A stretch of 32,789 nt of DNA from the NCBI GenBank assembly GCA_031366795.1, contig JANLOX010000227.1, positions 1 through 32,789 on the forward strand, given 5' to 3'. Position numbers and translations under genes: made by a program. The notes beneath the pieces are model-generated. The model was not told where the DNA came from and did not search any database. It worked only from the letters and a program-made list of their open reading frames with translations. This document shows positions 1-9,496 of this stretch, piece by piece (position 1 is the first letter of the stretch; each line of letters starts with the position of its first letter). The DNA is from Candidatus Eiseniibacteriota bacterium (GTDB taxonomy: Bacteria; Eisenbacteria; RBG-16-71-46).

Positions 1-737
1 AGGAACATCACCGCGATGCCGGCCGCATAGAACGAGATCAGCGCGCCGCCCTTGTCTTCTCCCAGGATGTCGACAAGATCGACGGCCATCAGCCCGCCCG
101 TTCCGTTGGAGCTACCTGTGCCACTCGTGTCGGTGCTCGCCGTTTCGGCGTTCTCCTTGAGCAATGGCAGCCAGCGATCGATCGATGTGCGCTGCGTCGC
201 TGTGAGTCCTCCGCCCACCTGGTCGAGCACCTCAATGCCGTGCCGCGCGAACACATCGGGCGCCGCGGTCATTGCCACCTTCTGCAGCAGGCCCATCACC
301 ATTTGCGGGGCGACGGGATCGGACTTGTCGGCGAGCAGCACGACATGCGCGCCGCCGCCATCGAAGCGCATGAGCGAGGTATCGATCCCCGCGGGGATCA
401 CGACCGCTACCGGCAGGTCGCCGCCCTTAACCAGCGCCGTCGCGCGTTCGCGTGTCAGCGGGATCTCGGGCGCATTCTTAGAAGCACCCTCCGGCTGTGC
501 CGCCAGCGTGACCTTGAGGCCCTTCTCCGCAGCCAACGCCTTGACCAACCGCGCGCTTAATTCGGTGTGCGCTTCGTCGACGACCGCCAAAGGCACGCGC
601 GCGGTCGCTTGCGACGAACCGCCGAACACCTTCGCGAAGATCGTGAAGAACAGGACGGGCAACAAGAACGCCATCGCCTGGGCCACGCGATCGCGGCGCA
701 GCGTGGTGAACCATACCTTCAGCATGGTCGCGATCAT
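1..737 (-). CDS. ABC-2 type transporter permease (3' end runs off the window)
   Basis: ATG at 737 overlaps the ATPase stop (ATGA). Manual translation [39 protein letters not shown]...VPLAVVDE...ISFYAAGIAVMF shows the ABC-2 layout: TM1, extracytoplasmic loop, then TM2. Confidence 0.85.
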   Translation of the reverse strand, partial: MIATMLKVWFTTLRRDRVAQAMAFLLPVLFFTIFAKVFGGSSQATARVPLAVVDEAHTELSARLVKALAAEKGLKVTLAAQPEGASKNAPEIPLTRERATALVKGGDLPVAVVIPAGIDTSLMRFDGGGAHVVLLADKSDPVAPQMVMGLLQKVAMTAAPDVFARHGIEVLDQVGGGLTATQRTSIDRWLPLLKENAETASTDTSGTGSSNGTGGLMAVDLVDILGEDKGGALISFYAAGIAVMF

Positions 738-1651
738 TCGCGCAACTCCCTTCCCGTGAGATGGAGGAATACCGACTGGAGACTGGCGCCGCGAACCTGG
801 AGATCCTCGACCGCCGAGCCGCCTGCGCGCAGTTGCTCGAGCAGCACCGGCAGCTCAGACGAAACGTCACGCATGCGCGTGGTGAACTGGCGGTCATTCC
901 ATTCGCCCTTGAAGCCCTCGGCCGCGGCGGGCACGCGATCGAGCCGCAACGCAACCTGCAAGTGCCCGCCCACCGTGCTCTCGACGAGTGCGGCGAGCGA
1001 GCCCTCGGCGATGATCTTGCCGTGATCCACGATCACGATGCGGTCGCACCGCGCCTCGGCCTCCTCGAGCTGGTGCGTGGTGAGCAGCAGCGAGGCGCCG
1101 CTCGCGCGCAGGCGATCCAGCATCTCGTAAATGCGCTCGCGACTCTGCGGATCGACGCCGACGGTGGGCTCGTCGAGCAGCAACGCCTTGGGCTCGTGCA
1201 GGACCGCGCAGGCGATATTGAGCCGGCGCTTCATGCCACCCGAGAAGGTCTTGATGGGTTCGTTCGCGCGGTCGGCCAGCGCCGTCCACTCGAGGGCCCA
1301 GTCGACGCGAGTCTTCAGCGCCGCGCCGGTGAGCCCGTTCAAGCGTCCAAAGGTGGCGAGGTTCTCGCGCGCCGTCAGCAACGGGTAGAGCGCGATCTCC
1401 TGCGGCACCACACCGAGCGCGTCGCGACCCGTTGCGCCCTCGACCTTGCGGCCGAACAGTTCGATCTCGCCGCCATCGAGCGCCACGCGGCCGGCGATGG
1501 CGCGGATCAAGGTAGTCTTGCCGGCGCCGTTGGGCCCGAGCAGCGCCAGCAGTTCGCCGGCGCGCAGCTCGAACGAGAGTCCCTTCAATGCGGCAGTGTT
1601 ACCGAATGTCTTGCGCGCGTCCTGGACGCGGAGCACTGGGGCAGAAGTCAT
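734..1651 (-). CDS. ABC transporter ATP-binding protein (drug/peptide exporter type)
   Basis: Walker A GPNGAGKT, signature FSGGM, Walker B LLLDEPT, H-loop TTH; GGAGG RBS upstream. Confidence 0.95.
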   Translation of the reverse strand: MTSAPVLRVQDARKTFGNTAALKGLSFELRAGELLALLGPNGAGKTTLIRAIAGRVALDGGEIELFGRKVEGATGRDALGVVPQEIALYPLLTARENLATFGRLNGLTGAALKTRVDWALEWTALADRANEPIKTFSGGMKRRLNIACAVLHEPKALLLDEPTVGVDPQSRERIYEMLDRLRASGASLLLTTHQLEEAEARCDRIVIVDHGKIIAEGSLAALVESTVGGHLQVALRLDRVPAAAEGFKGEWNDRQFTTRMRDVSSELPVLLEQLRAGGSAVEDLQVRGASLQSVFLHLTGRELRE

Positions 1652-1712
1652 GCGGTCCCTCCCTTGGGCAGGGACACTAGCCGAATACCATTGGGCGAGA
1701 ACGGGAGTCCCG

Positions 1713-1762
1713 CTGAAATGTCGATCAGCGGCGACGAACGGTTGCGGACCGGGCTGGGCGGT
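1713..1762 (-). promoter_or_regulatory. Putative LytTR-type direct-repeat boxes upstream of the ABC exporter
   Basis: Minus strand ACCGCCCAG-N11-ACCGTTCGT-N12-ACATTTCAG, imperfect 9-mers with a 20-21 bp period. Confidence 0.4.
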
Positions 1763-1787
1763 CGGCCCTAAGGGGAGTCGGCGCCGC

Positions 1788-3101
1788 TCATAGCCCCTGC
1801 GCGACGCCCCCTCGCCACGCGCGCTCCACCCGTCCGATCAGTGGGTGACCGGCGTACGGCGTGATTTTGTGACGCTGGCGCAGCAGCGCGGCCTCGACGG
1901 TCCACGCCGCGTCCGGATCGAATGCGAGGAGGTCGGCGCGCCGGCCCGGCACAATGCGCCCCACTTCGCCAGCGACCCCCGCAAGCACCGCGGGCTGCTC
2001 GGCCATCCAGCGCGCGATGTCGGACAACGTGGCGCCACGCTGGCGCTCCGCGGTCCACATCACCGGCAGCCCGAGCTCGAGCGATGCGACGCCGCCCCAG
2101 GCTGCGAAGAAGTCGCCGCGATCGAGGTTCTTGAGCGCGGGCGGACAGGGTGAATGGTCACTGGCGACCAGATCGATGTCGCCCGCGAGCAGGGCTGCCC
2201 ACAGCGCATCGCGATTCGCGCGCGAGCGGATCGGCGGCGCGCACTTGAATTGCGTGGCGCCGTCGGCGATGTCTTCAGCGGCGAAGCTCAGGTAGTGGGG
2301 GCAGGTCTCAACGGTCACCGCAACGCCGCGCGCGCGCGCCGCGCGAAGAGCGGGCAGCGCCTCCATCGCCGCGAGGTGCACGATGTGCACGCGGCAATCT
2401 GTCTCGGCCGCGAGCCGCAACACCAACTCGATCGCCTCGACCTCCGCGGCCGCGGGGCGGCTGTCGAGCCAAGTGGCGTAGGCGCGGGGATCGCGGCCAA
2501 CAACGGCGCCCGCCGCCTCATCGATCACGCGCGGCGACTCGGCGTGCACGAGCAGCGGCAGCCCGAGCCGCGCGATGACCGGCATCGCCTCGCGCAATTC
2601 CGCTTCGCCCACATGGCCAAACTCATCGACGCCCGAGGGCACCATGAAACACTTGAAGCCACGTACGCCCGCGGCCGCCAGCGGCTCGAGCTGCGCGGTG
2701 TTACCCGGCACCACGCCGCCCCAGTACTCAACGCTAACCGTCGCCGCACGCGCCGCCTGGCGTTTAAGCGTGAGGGCTTCGACGCTCGTGGTCGCGGGAA
2801 CGCTGTTGAGCGGCATGTCCACGAGCGTCGTGATGCCGCCCGCGAGCGCCGCCCGGCTCGCCGTGGCGAAACCTTCCCATTCGGTGCGCCCTGGCTCGTT
2901 GATGTGCACGTGCGTGTCGACGAGTCCCGGCAGCAACGCGAGCGCGCCAAGGTCTTCGATGCGCAGGCCCTCCAGCGCTGGGCCCGCGCTCACGCCGGCA
3001 ATGCGGCCGTCATCGACGACGACGTGGCCATCGATGATGCCGAGCGGCGTGATGATGCGGGAGGACCGCATGGCGAAGGGCGGATGCGAGGGGAAGGCCA
3101 T
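1788..3101 (-). CDS. allB: Allantoinase (amidohydrolase family)
   Basis: PGLVDTHVHINEPGRTEWEGF, GGITTLVDMPLNS, GFKCF, ETCPHYL, FKCAPPIR, SDHSPCP, AWGG. Start placed at ATG 3101 (TATCGT-N6-ATG); the ORF is open to 3179. Confidence 0.93.
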   Translation of the reverse strand: MAFPSHPPFAMRSSRIITPLGIIDGHVVVDDGRIAGVSAGPALEGLRIEDLGALALLPGLVDTHVHINEPGRTEWEGFATASRAALAGGITTLVDMPLNSVPATTSVEALTLKRQAARAATVSVEYWGGVVPGNTAQLEPLAAAGVRGFKCFMVPSGVDEFGHVGEAELREAMPVIARLGLPLLVHAESPRVIDEAAGAVVGRDPRAYATWLDSRPAAAEVEAIELVLRLAAETDCRVHIVHLAAMEALPALRAARARGVAVTVETCPHYLSFAAEDIADGATQFKCAPPIRSRANRDALWAALLAGDIDLVASDHSPCPPALKNLDRGDFFAAWGGVASLELGLPVMWTAERQRGATLSDIARWMAEQPAVLAGVAGEVGRIVPGRRADLLAFDPDAAWTVEAALLRQRHKITPYAGHPLIGRVERAWRGGVAQGL

Positions 3102-3171
3102 CGCCTGACGATAAGCGGGAGGCTTACCGGACAGAAATGGGGGCGCCGTGGTCATTCTCAAGAACTCTTGT

Positions 3172-3223
3172 AATTTCAAGTTGAAATTTACTGATTTTAC
3201 ACATAACGTTAAAGCGTTAAATT
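3172..3223 (+). promoter_or_regulatory. higBA promoter/operator region
   Basis: AT-rich island with perfect palindrome AATTTCAA-G-TTGAAATT (3172-3188), palindrome TAACGTTA (3204-3211) and TTTACA-N16-TAAATT (3196-3223). Confidence 0.55.
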
Positions 3224-3257
3224 TATATGTCGATAACTACCGGGAGCGACCGACATC

Positions 3258-3426
3258 ATGAAGGTGTCGTTCAGGAGCAAGAGGCTCGAGACCCTTGATT
3301 CAAAGCCGAGCGAGTCAGGCTATCCGGCTGATGCCGTGAGGTCATTCTGCAAACGCCTGCAATTTATCCGAGCCGCGCCGGACGAACGGGACCGTCGTCG
3401 TCGTCGACATTGAGGACTACCACTGA
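3258..3426 (+). pseudogene. higB: HigB/RelE-family toxin with internal deletion and frameshift
   Basis: GGGAG RBS. MKVSFRSKRLETL...KRLQFIRAAPDERD is joined at ~3391 to a +1-frame tail TVVVVDIEDYH* (typical HigB C-terminus). The central strand region is missing and the reading frame stops at 3413. Confidence 0.8.
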
Positions 3427-3455
3427 TAGGGAGCATGTAAGCATGGACGACCCAC

Positions 3456-4601
3456 ATGCCCGCTGAAGTCTTCGCTCCGGGCGAATTCATCCGCGAGGAG
3501 ATCGAGTCCCGCGGGTGGACGCAGGAGACGCTGGCCGAAGTCCTGGGAAAATCGGCGCGGTTGGTGAACGAGATCCTCACCGCCCGACGGAGCATTACAC
3601 CGGAGACTGCCAGCGCTCTGGCCGAAGCGTTTGGCACCACTGCGGAGCTCTGGCTGAACCTCGAAAGCGCCTACCAGCTCTCCAAGATTTCCGGCGACGG
3701 CGGCACGGTTGCGAGGAGGTCCAAGCTCTATAGCAAGGCGCCTGTGAACGATATGGTCAAACGCCGGTGGATTGAGCGCTCTGACGATATCGATGTGCTC
3801 GAGCAGCGCGTCGCCGATTTCTTTGGCCTCGAGAATATTGAGGATGCAATCGAGCTGATTCCCCACGCAGCCCGTAAGTCCACGTCGTACGAATCCGTGC
3901 ATCCCGCCGTGTGCGCATGGCTCACGATGGCTCGCAGGCTGGCGACGCGGGTGTCGGCAGTTACCTTCAGCGAGGCACGGTTGAAGGAAGCCCTGATCGC
4001 CCTTCGAGCCCTGCTCGGTTCCGCAATCGAAACTCGACGGGTCTCGGCCGTACTCGCCAAGGCGGGCGTCCGCCTCGTGATTGTCGAACAACTTCCCCAG
4101 AGCAAGGTCGACGGCGCAGCGTTCTGGCTTGATGGCGCCGGTAAACAGCCAGTCGTTGCGTTATCGCTGCGATACGATCGAATTGACTGCTTCTGGTTCA
4201 CGTTGGTCCACGAACTCATGCATATCGCGTACGGAGATGGATTGCAGGGTAAGGCTGACTTTGCGGGCTACGACTTCGACTTGGTCGGGCACGGCGCTCG
4301 AACAAGTTCCGCGCCTGCCGGCATCGAGAGGGAGCGCAACCAGCAAGCGGCTGCGTACATCGTTCCCCCGCAGGATCTCGACGGATTCATCGCCCGCGAA
4401 GGCCCCCGCTTTTCGAAGCGTCAGATTGTCGAATTCGCCACTTCCCAAGGGTTGCATCCGGGCCTTGTGGTAGGACAGCTTCACTATCGCGGCGCACTCT
4501 CATGGGCTCAGAATCGCGTCCTGCTTGAACGAATCCGCCAGCACGTCACCGCAACTGCGATAACGGATGGCTGGGGATACTCGAGTCGCCCGGCAAGCTA
4601 A
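3456..4601 (+). CDS. higA: HigA-family XRE HTH antitoxin fused to an ImmA/IrrE-like metallopeptidase domain
   Basis: PGEFIREEIESRGWTQETLAE...ITPETA...WLNLESAY HTH; C-terminal LSLRYDRIDCFWFTLVHELMH (HExxH). Confidence 0.88.
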   Translation: MPAEVFAPGEFIREEIESRGWTQETLAEVLGKSARLVNEILTARRSITPETASALAEAFGTTAELWLNLESAYQLSKISGDGGTVARRSKLYSKAPVNDMVKRRWIERSDDIDVLEQRVADFFGLENIEDAIELIPHAARKSTSYESVHPAVCAWLTMARRLATRVSAVTFSEARLKEALIALRALLGSAIETRRVSAVLAKAGVRLVIVEQLPQSKVDGAAFWLDGAGKQPVVALSLRYDRIDCFWFTLVHELMHIAYGDGLQGKADFAGYDFDLVGHGARTSSAPAGIERERNQQAAAYIVPPQDLDGFIAREGPRFSKRQIVEFATSQGLHPGLVVGQLHYRGALSWAQNRVLLERIRQHVTATAITDGWGYSSRPAS

Positions 4602-4780
4602 TCCGGTCTGACGCCCCCCCGGCCAAGACTGGGCGCCGCAGCCAGAATGTTGGCCGTGCCTCGCATGTGACTCTGCCTGCAGCCTGGCGGGACGCAGCGG
4701 GAAGTGCTTCGAGTCGTGTGACTTCACACCCACGACTACCCCCCGCCACGCATGGCACCCGTCTTGCGGATTGTCCCACC

Positions 4781-6784
4781 ATGCTCGATGCGATCCTGTC
4801 TGCACCCGCCGCTTTCCCGCCCCACCTGCATCGCCACCTGCTGCAGCTGTATGCGATCAAGCACCGCCGCGCGCCGAAGACCCAGTCGGAGCAGCGCCGC
4901 GCGGTCTACGACTACCTGACCCGCACGCAGCGGGACAAGACGGGTGCCCTTCGCATTCACCTGAGCGCGGAACTCGAGACATGGCTCAAGGGGACGGATG
5001 AATGTGTGCGCGGATGGGGACCGATCCCACGGCTGGCCGGCGTCGTCTACCAGTTCAGCCGCGACCTGCGAAAGCGCTTCGACCTTTCGGTGGAACGCGA
5101 CTACAAGGAATTCGCGCTCTACCTGTCACTGTCCGTGCGCAGCGCATTGCGCTGGCCGGAAGCGGTCATTGGCGATGACTTCATGCGCGTCCTGTGGGAG
5201 CCGGCGCCCGGCATCACATCGCCGAGCCGGATCGGCGTCACCCGCGCCTTCAACTACTTGCGCAGGAAGTCGCCCGATTCGCGGCGCCTGGACGCCAACA
5301 AGGTTCAGGACTTCAGCCGCCTGCTGGTGCGCGTGCTCTCGGAAATCGACGAGGGCAACCTGCCAGGCTACGTGCTGTCCCCCGCGCAGTACGATTACCT
5401 CGGCAAGCCCGTGAAGATGAAGAACCCCACGCTCCGTCTCACCGGCCTGATGCATCACGTGGTCGTCGAACGCGGCAACATCTCCGAGCAGGAACTCAAT
5501 CGCCCCGAGATGGCCCTGACCGTCGGTCGCGAAGCACCGAACATCGTGAAGCGTCTGCGCATGCCGCAGTGCCTGCGCGAGGCGCACGGCATCCGCCAGC
5601 CGTCCGTCACATCGATCGAGTCCACGCCGCCACCCGCGATCCAGAAGGTGACGGTGGTCGGGCCGCTAAGCCATGGTTCTGGCCTCGGCGCCGCGGCGCG
5701 CGCCTGCGGTGAGGCGTTCAAGGCAGCTGGCGTTGCGGTGGATGTCCTGAATCACGTCGCCGGTTGGGGGCGCACCGATGAGGACGAGGGCAGCGGACTG
5801 GTACAGCGTGTCCGCGGCGACATCAACATCATCCACTTCAATCCGGACGTCATCATCGAGAACCTGTCGCGCTGCGGTCTCGACCAGTTCGAGGGCTGCT
5901 ACAACATCGGCTTCGCATTCTGGGAGACCTCGCAGGCCAGTTTCGCGCACCGTCTCGGGCTCGACATGCTCGATGAAGTCTGGGTGTCGAGCGAGTACTG
6001 CCGCGAAGTCTTCCAGCGGGCGACGAGCAAACCCGTGGTACTTGTGCGCACACCGATCCCCAAGTTCGAGGACCTGTCGTGGGCGAAACGAAGCTGCTTC
6101 GGCATTCCCGATGGCCCTTTCACCTTCATCTTCACCTTCGATGGCGCCTCGCGTGTCACGCGCAAGAACCCGATGGCCGTGGTCGATGCGTTCCAGCAGG
6201 CCTATCCCTCAGACGATGGCGTGCAACTCGTCATCAAGACCCAGAACACCCACAAGCTATCGACCGCCGATGAGCGGGCCTACGCCAACATCCGCGCGCG
6301 TGCCAGACAGGACCGCCGCATCTTGATCATCGACGAGAGTTTCTCGAGCAATGAAGTGCACGGGCTGATCTCGGTGTGCGATTGCTATGTGTCGCTGCAC
6401 CGCTCGGAAGGCTTCGGCTTCGGCATGGCGGAGGCGATGAAGCTCGGCGTCCCGGTCATCGCCACCGGCTACTCCGGCAACGAAGACTTCACCACCGAGG
6501 CGAATGCCTACCCCGTTCGCTACCGCCTGGTGCCGGTGCCCAAGCAGGACTTCGTGTTCGACGAAGCTGGCCAGGAGTGGGCGGACGCCGAGGTCGCGCA
6601 TGCCGCCGAGCGCATGCTCGAGGTGCGTACGGACCCGCAGCGCGGGGCGAAGATCCAGCGCGCCAGGGAGACCATGCGCGAGCTCTATGACGAGGCCGTC
6701 GTGGGCGAAGCCTACCGCGCGCGCATCGAGGCGATCCGCGCGGGCGCGGGCGCGCTCGCCGAAGCCGGCGCTGTCAGCGCTTGA
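4781..6784 (+). CDS. Glycosyltransferase family 4 with a long N-terminal extension
   Basis: SGLGAAARA, YNIGFAFWET, RKNPMAVVDAF, DCYVSLHRSEGFGFGMAEAMKLGVPVIATGYSGNEDF. Start uncertain (ORF open from 4667). Confidence 0.88.
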   Translation: MLDAILSAPAAFPPHLHRHLLQLYAIKHRRAPKTQSEQRRAVYDYLTRTQRDKTGALRIHLSAELETWLKGTDECVRGWGPIPRLAGVVYQFSRDLRKRFDLSVERDYKEFALYLSLSVRSALRWPEAVIGDDFMRVLWEPAPGITSPSRIGVTRAFNYLRRKSPDSRRLDANKVQDFSRLLVRVLSEIDEGNLPGYVLSPAQYDYLGKPVKMKNPTLRLTGLMHHVVVERGNISEQELNRPEMALTVGREAPNIVKRLRMPQCLREAHGIRQPSVTSIESTPPPAIQKVTVVGPLSHGSGLGAAARACGEAFKAAGVAVDVLNHVAGWGRTDEDEGSGLVQRVRGDINIIHFNPDVIIENLSRCGLDQFEGCYNIGFAFWETSQASFAHRLGLDMLDEVWVSSEYCREVFQRATSKPVVLVRTPIPKFEDLSWAKRSCFGIPDGPFTFIFTFDGASRVTRKNPMAVVDAFQQAYPSDDGVQLVIKTQNTHKLSTADERAYANIRARARQDRRILIIDESFSSNEVHGLISVCDCYVSLHRSEGFGFGMAEAMKLGVPVIATGYSGNEDFTTEANAYPVRYRLVPVPKQDFVFDEAGQEWADAEVAHAAERMLEVRTDPQRGAKIQRARETMRELYDEAVVGEAYRARIEAIRAGAGALAEAGAVSA

Positions 6785-6844
6785 GCGGGACGTTCCGCTT
6801 GAGCATGACCTTGTGAGTGAGAGGCTCGCCTTCGTGGCGAGCCT

Positions 6845-6866
6845 CCCTGCTATACTACGCCGCGTG
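6845..6866 (+). promoter_or_regulatory. Extended -10 promoter leading into a probable leaderless GTG start of oppA (copy 1 of a 22-nt repeat)
   Basis: CCCTGCTATACTACGCCGCGTG = TGn-TATACT-N7-GTG. Confidence 0.55.
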
Positions 6867-8573
6867 CTCCGCACCTCCTTCCTGCCACTCTGCTGCACCG
6901 CGCTGCTCATCGCGTCCTGCGCCCCCGCGCCACCTGTGGGCGGCGCACACGCGCCGCGCTACTTCGGTGCGACGACCGCGCCCAGCGACGACGTGCTGCG
7001 CTTCGATCTCGCGACGGATCCCGAAACGATCGATCCCGCGCTCGCCACCGGCCAGCCCGATGGTCGCGTCTGCCACATGCTGTTCGAAGGCCTCACGCGC
7101 GAGGATCCACGCACCCTCGAACCACGCCCCGGCCAGGCCTCGCGTTGGGAAATCTCGGCCGACGGTCTCACTTATACCTTCCACCTGCGGCGGGGCATCC
7201 AGTGGAGTGACGGCACTCCGATCCATGCCGAGGACTTCCGCTGGTCATGGGAGCGCGTGCTGACCCCCGCGACCGCCTCACGCAGCGCCGGATTACTCGC
7301 GCCCATCGTCAACGCCGAAGCGTTCACCAAGGGCGAGCTGAAGGACGCGCGCCAGCTCGGGATCGCCGCACCTGATGACAGCACGTTCATGGTACGACTG
7401 CGCGCGCCGACGCCTTACCTGCTCTCGCTGGCGAGTTACAACGCCTTCATGCCAACGCCGCGCCATGCGGTCGAACGTTGGGGCGACCGCTGGACGGTCG
7501 CGGGCAATATCGTGGGCAATGGCGCGTTCTCGCTGCGCAGCTGGCGGCAGAACGAGAAGTTCGTGTTCGACCGCAACCCCCTTTACTGGGACGTCGCGAC
7601 CGTTCGGCTCAAGGGCGTGGTCGCCTACACCGCGGACGCGTTGAGCATCTCGGCCAACCTCTACAAGGCCGGCATGATCGACTGGGACCCGAGCGGCAAC
7701 ATCCCCTCGCCGTTCCTGCCCTACCTGCGCGGCTACGCGGATTATCGCCAGGGCCGCTACCAGGGCCTCTACTTCTATTCGATCAACTGCACGCGCAAGC
7801 CCTACGACAACGTGTGGGTGCGCCGCGCGCTGTCGTGGTCAGTGGACCGCAACGCCATCGCCAACGACCTGCTCAAGGGCACGCGCGACAGCTGGGGCAA
7901 CTTCACCCCGGCGGGCTATCCGGGCTATGACGCGCCACCTCCCGTGGGCTTTAATCCGGGTTATGCGCGCGAGTGCCTCGCCAGGGCCGGGTTCCCCGGC
8001 GGCAAGGGCTTCCCGAAGCTCGAGATCACCTTCAACACGAGCGAGGATCACCGCCGCATCGCCGAAGCGATCCAGGCCATGTGGCGCAAGGAACTCGGCG
8101 TCACGGTGGAGCTGGCGAACCAGGAGTGGGGCTCGTACATGAAAGCGACCACGGGGCTCCAGTACGACGTGGCGCGACGCTCGTGGATCGGCGACTACCT
8201 GGACCCCAACACCTTTCTCGCCAGCTACGTCACAGGCGATGGCGGCAATCGCACCGGTTGGAGCAGCGCGCGCTACGACACGCTGATTCACGGCGCTGCC
8301 TTCGAGCCCGACGCGGCGAAGCGAATGGCCATGCTGCGCGATGCCGAGAGCCTGCTGCTGAGCGAGAGCCCGGTGATCCCGATTTATCACTACACCACCA
8401 CCGAGCTGGTGAAACCCTACGTGCGCGGGCTGTATTCGACGCCGCTCGATTCGCATCCGCTGACGCATGTGTGGATCGATCGCGACTGGCAGGCGCACGC
8501 GGGTGAGGCCGCGCAGGCGGACTACGGATCGCGTGGCCGATCGAGCGGCCCGCGGAACAGCAGGACGCCATAA
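6864..8573 (+). CDS. oppA: Oligopeptide ABC transporter substrate-binding lipoprotein
   Basis: Lipobox LLIASC, DPETIDPA, LFEGL, WEISADGLTYTFHLR, WSDGTP, GNGAF, WIGDYLDPNTFL. Confidence 0.93.
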   Translation: MLRTSFLPLCCTALLIASCAPAPPVGGAHAPRYFGATTAPSDDVLRFDLATDPETIDPALATGQPDGRVCHMLFEGLTREDPRTLEPRPGQASRWEISADGLTYTFHLRRGIQWSDGTPIHAEDFRWSWERVLTPATASRSAGLLAPIVNAEAFTKGELKDARQLGIAAPDDSTFMVRLRAPTPYLLSLASYNAFMPTPRHAVERWGDRWTVAGNIVGNGAFSLRSWRQNEKFVFDRNPLYWDVATVRLKGVVAYTADALSISANLYKAGMIDWDPSGNIPSPFLPYLRGYADYRQGRYQGLYFYSINCTRKPYDNVWVRRALSWSVDRNAIANDLLKGTRDSWGNFTPAGYPGYDAPPPVGFNPGYARECLARAGFPGGKGFPKLEITFNTSEDHRRIAEAIQAMWRKELGVTVELANQEWGSYMKATTGLQYDVARRSWIGDYLDPNTFLASYVTGDGGNRTGWSSARYDTLIHGAAFEPDAAKRMAMLRDAESLLLSESPVIPIYHYTTTELVKPYVRGLYSTPLDSHPLTHVWIDRDWQAHAGEAAQADYGSRGRSSGPRNSRTP

Positions 8574-8704
8574 CCCAGGGCGAGTAACAACACCGGCGCG
8601 GCGGCGAGACCAAGCATTCCTGGAGCACCTGGCGCAAACAGCAACGCGAGGCCGCACACCAACAGCAGCAGGGCGCAGGAGCGTGTGATCGCCGAGGAGA
8701 TCAC
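8522..8704 (-). pseudogene. Small membrane protein, probably internally deleted
   Basis: GTG at 8704 overlaps the upstream stop (GTGA). The product has only two TM segments, ISSAITRSCALLLLVCGLALLFAP and LAAAPVLLLALGYGVLLFRGP, resembling the first and last helices of a longer membrane protein. Confidence 0.4.
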
Positions 8705-8910
8705 GGGGTGATCCGGAGCCATGAAGCGCGCCACGCGTTTGCCTCTGCCGGCGACCGGAACCGGTGGACGCCCCGCGGGCGGTCCACCGGGTAGAGCTGC
8801 GCTCCCATATATAGCACTTGGCGCAGTCGCTCGGGAATGCGCGGATCACCGGGCTCCAGGGCCTGCGCGCGCCTCGCCTCATCGTGCGTCCGGAATTTTC
8901 GCACCGGCAT
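8701..8910 (-). CDS. Small basic hypothetical protein, partner of the nucleotidyltransferase
   Basis: ATG 8910 overlaps the NTase stop (TGATG). 69 aa, MPVRKFRTHDEARR...PRGVHRFRSPAEANAWR, with an internal V(R/H)(K/R)FR(T/S)xxEA repeat. Confidence 0.7.
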   Translation of the reverse strand: MPVRKFRTHDEARRAQALEPGDPRIPERLRQVLYMGAQLYPVDRPRGVHRFRSPAEANAWRASWLRITP

Positions 8911-9380
8911 CAGACGTCCTCCCATTCGAATTTCTCGCGCAAGACCGCCGCATCCGCGGCATCCTGCGGTCGGATCGTGTCTCGCTTCATCCGGAACAAC
9001 ATCCGCGGAGTCGCGACGCGAACCATCACACCACCGGCATCGATCTCGTGCCATTCGATGTCCCCGAAGGCGAAGGCTTCGCCGAGCCGGGCAATCACGT
9101 CGATGGTCAGGTCGCCCGAGGGCGGCACGTAGCTCACCACCCCAAACTCGCCCGCCAGATCGTCCGCGCGAATTTCTGCGATCGCTGGATCCTGCCACAC
9201 GTCGCCGATCGCATCCCTGAGCCGGGCAATGTTCTCGGCGGTGGGCTTCACGAAGAGGTCGACATCCTGGGTCGATCGCACGATGCCATGTAATCCCAGC
9301 GCGATGGCGCCCACGATCACATATTCGACTTCGCGTAACTGCAGGGCGCGGAACAACCGCAAGACCTGATCGTAGTCCAT
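8910..9380 (-). CDS. Pol-beta superfamily nucleotidyltransferase (MNT/AbiEii-like)
   Basis: YVIVGAIALGLHGIVRSTQDVDLFV (G[GA]...RxTxDxD), IDVI, C-terminal K..T.RPQDAADA. Alternative start at 9395. Confidence 0.8.
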   Translation of the reverse strand: MDYDQVLRLFRALQLREVEYVIVGAIALGLHGIVRSTQDVDLFVKPTAENIARLRDAIGDVWQDPAIAEIRADDLAGEFGVVSYVPPSGDLTIDVIARLGEAFAFGDIEWHEIDAGGVMVRVATPRMLFRMKRDTIRPQDAADAAVLREKFEWEDV

Positions 9381-9496
9381 GTCCCCAATCTTCATCTCCA
9401 GCTTCCCCGCGGGGGCGTTCCCACGGGGGCGGGTCGGAGTCCCATTCTGTGCGGCGCCGCGGCCGTTCGCAAGCCGCAATCTGCGCCGCGCGGCCG

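Noticed and set aside
3394..3405. (GTC)4 tract in higB as a phase-variation switch
   Set aside because: Triplet slippage cannot repair a +1 frameshift, and the tract simply encodes VVVV.
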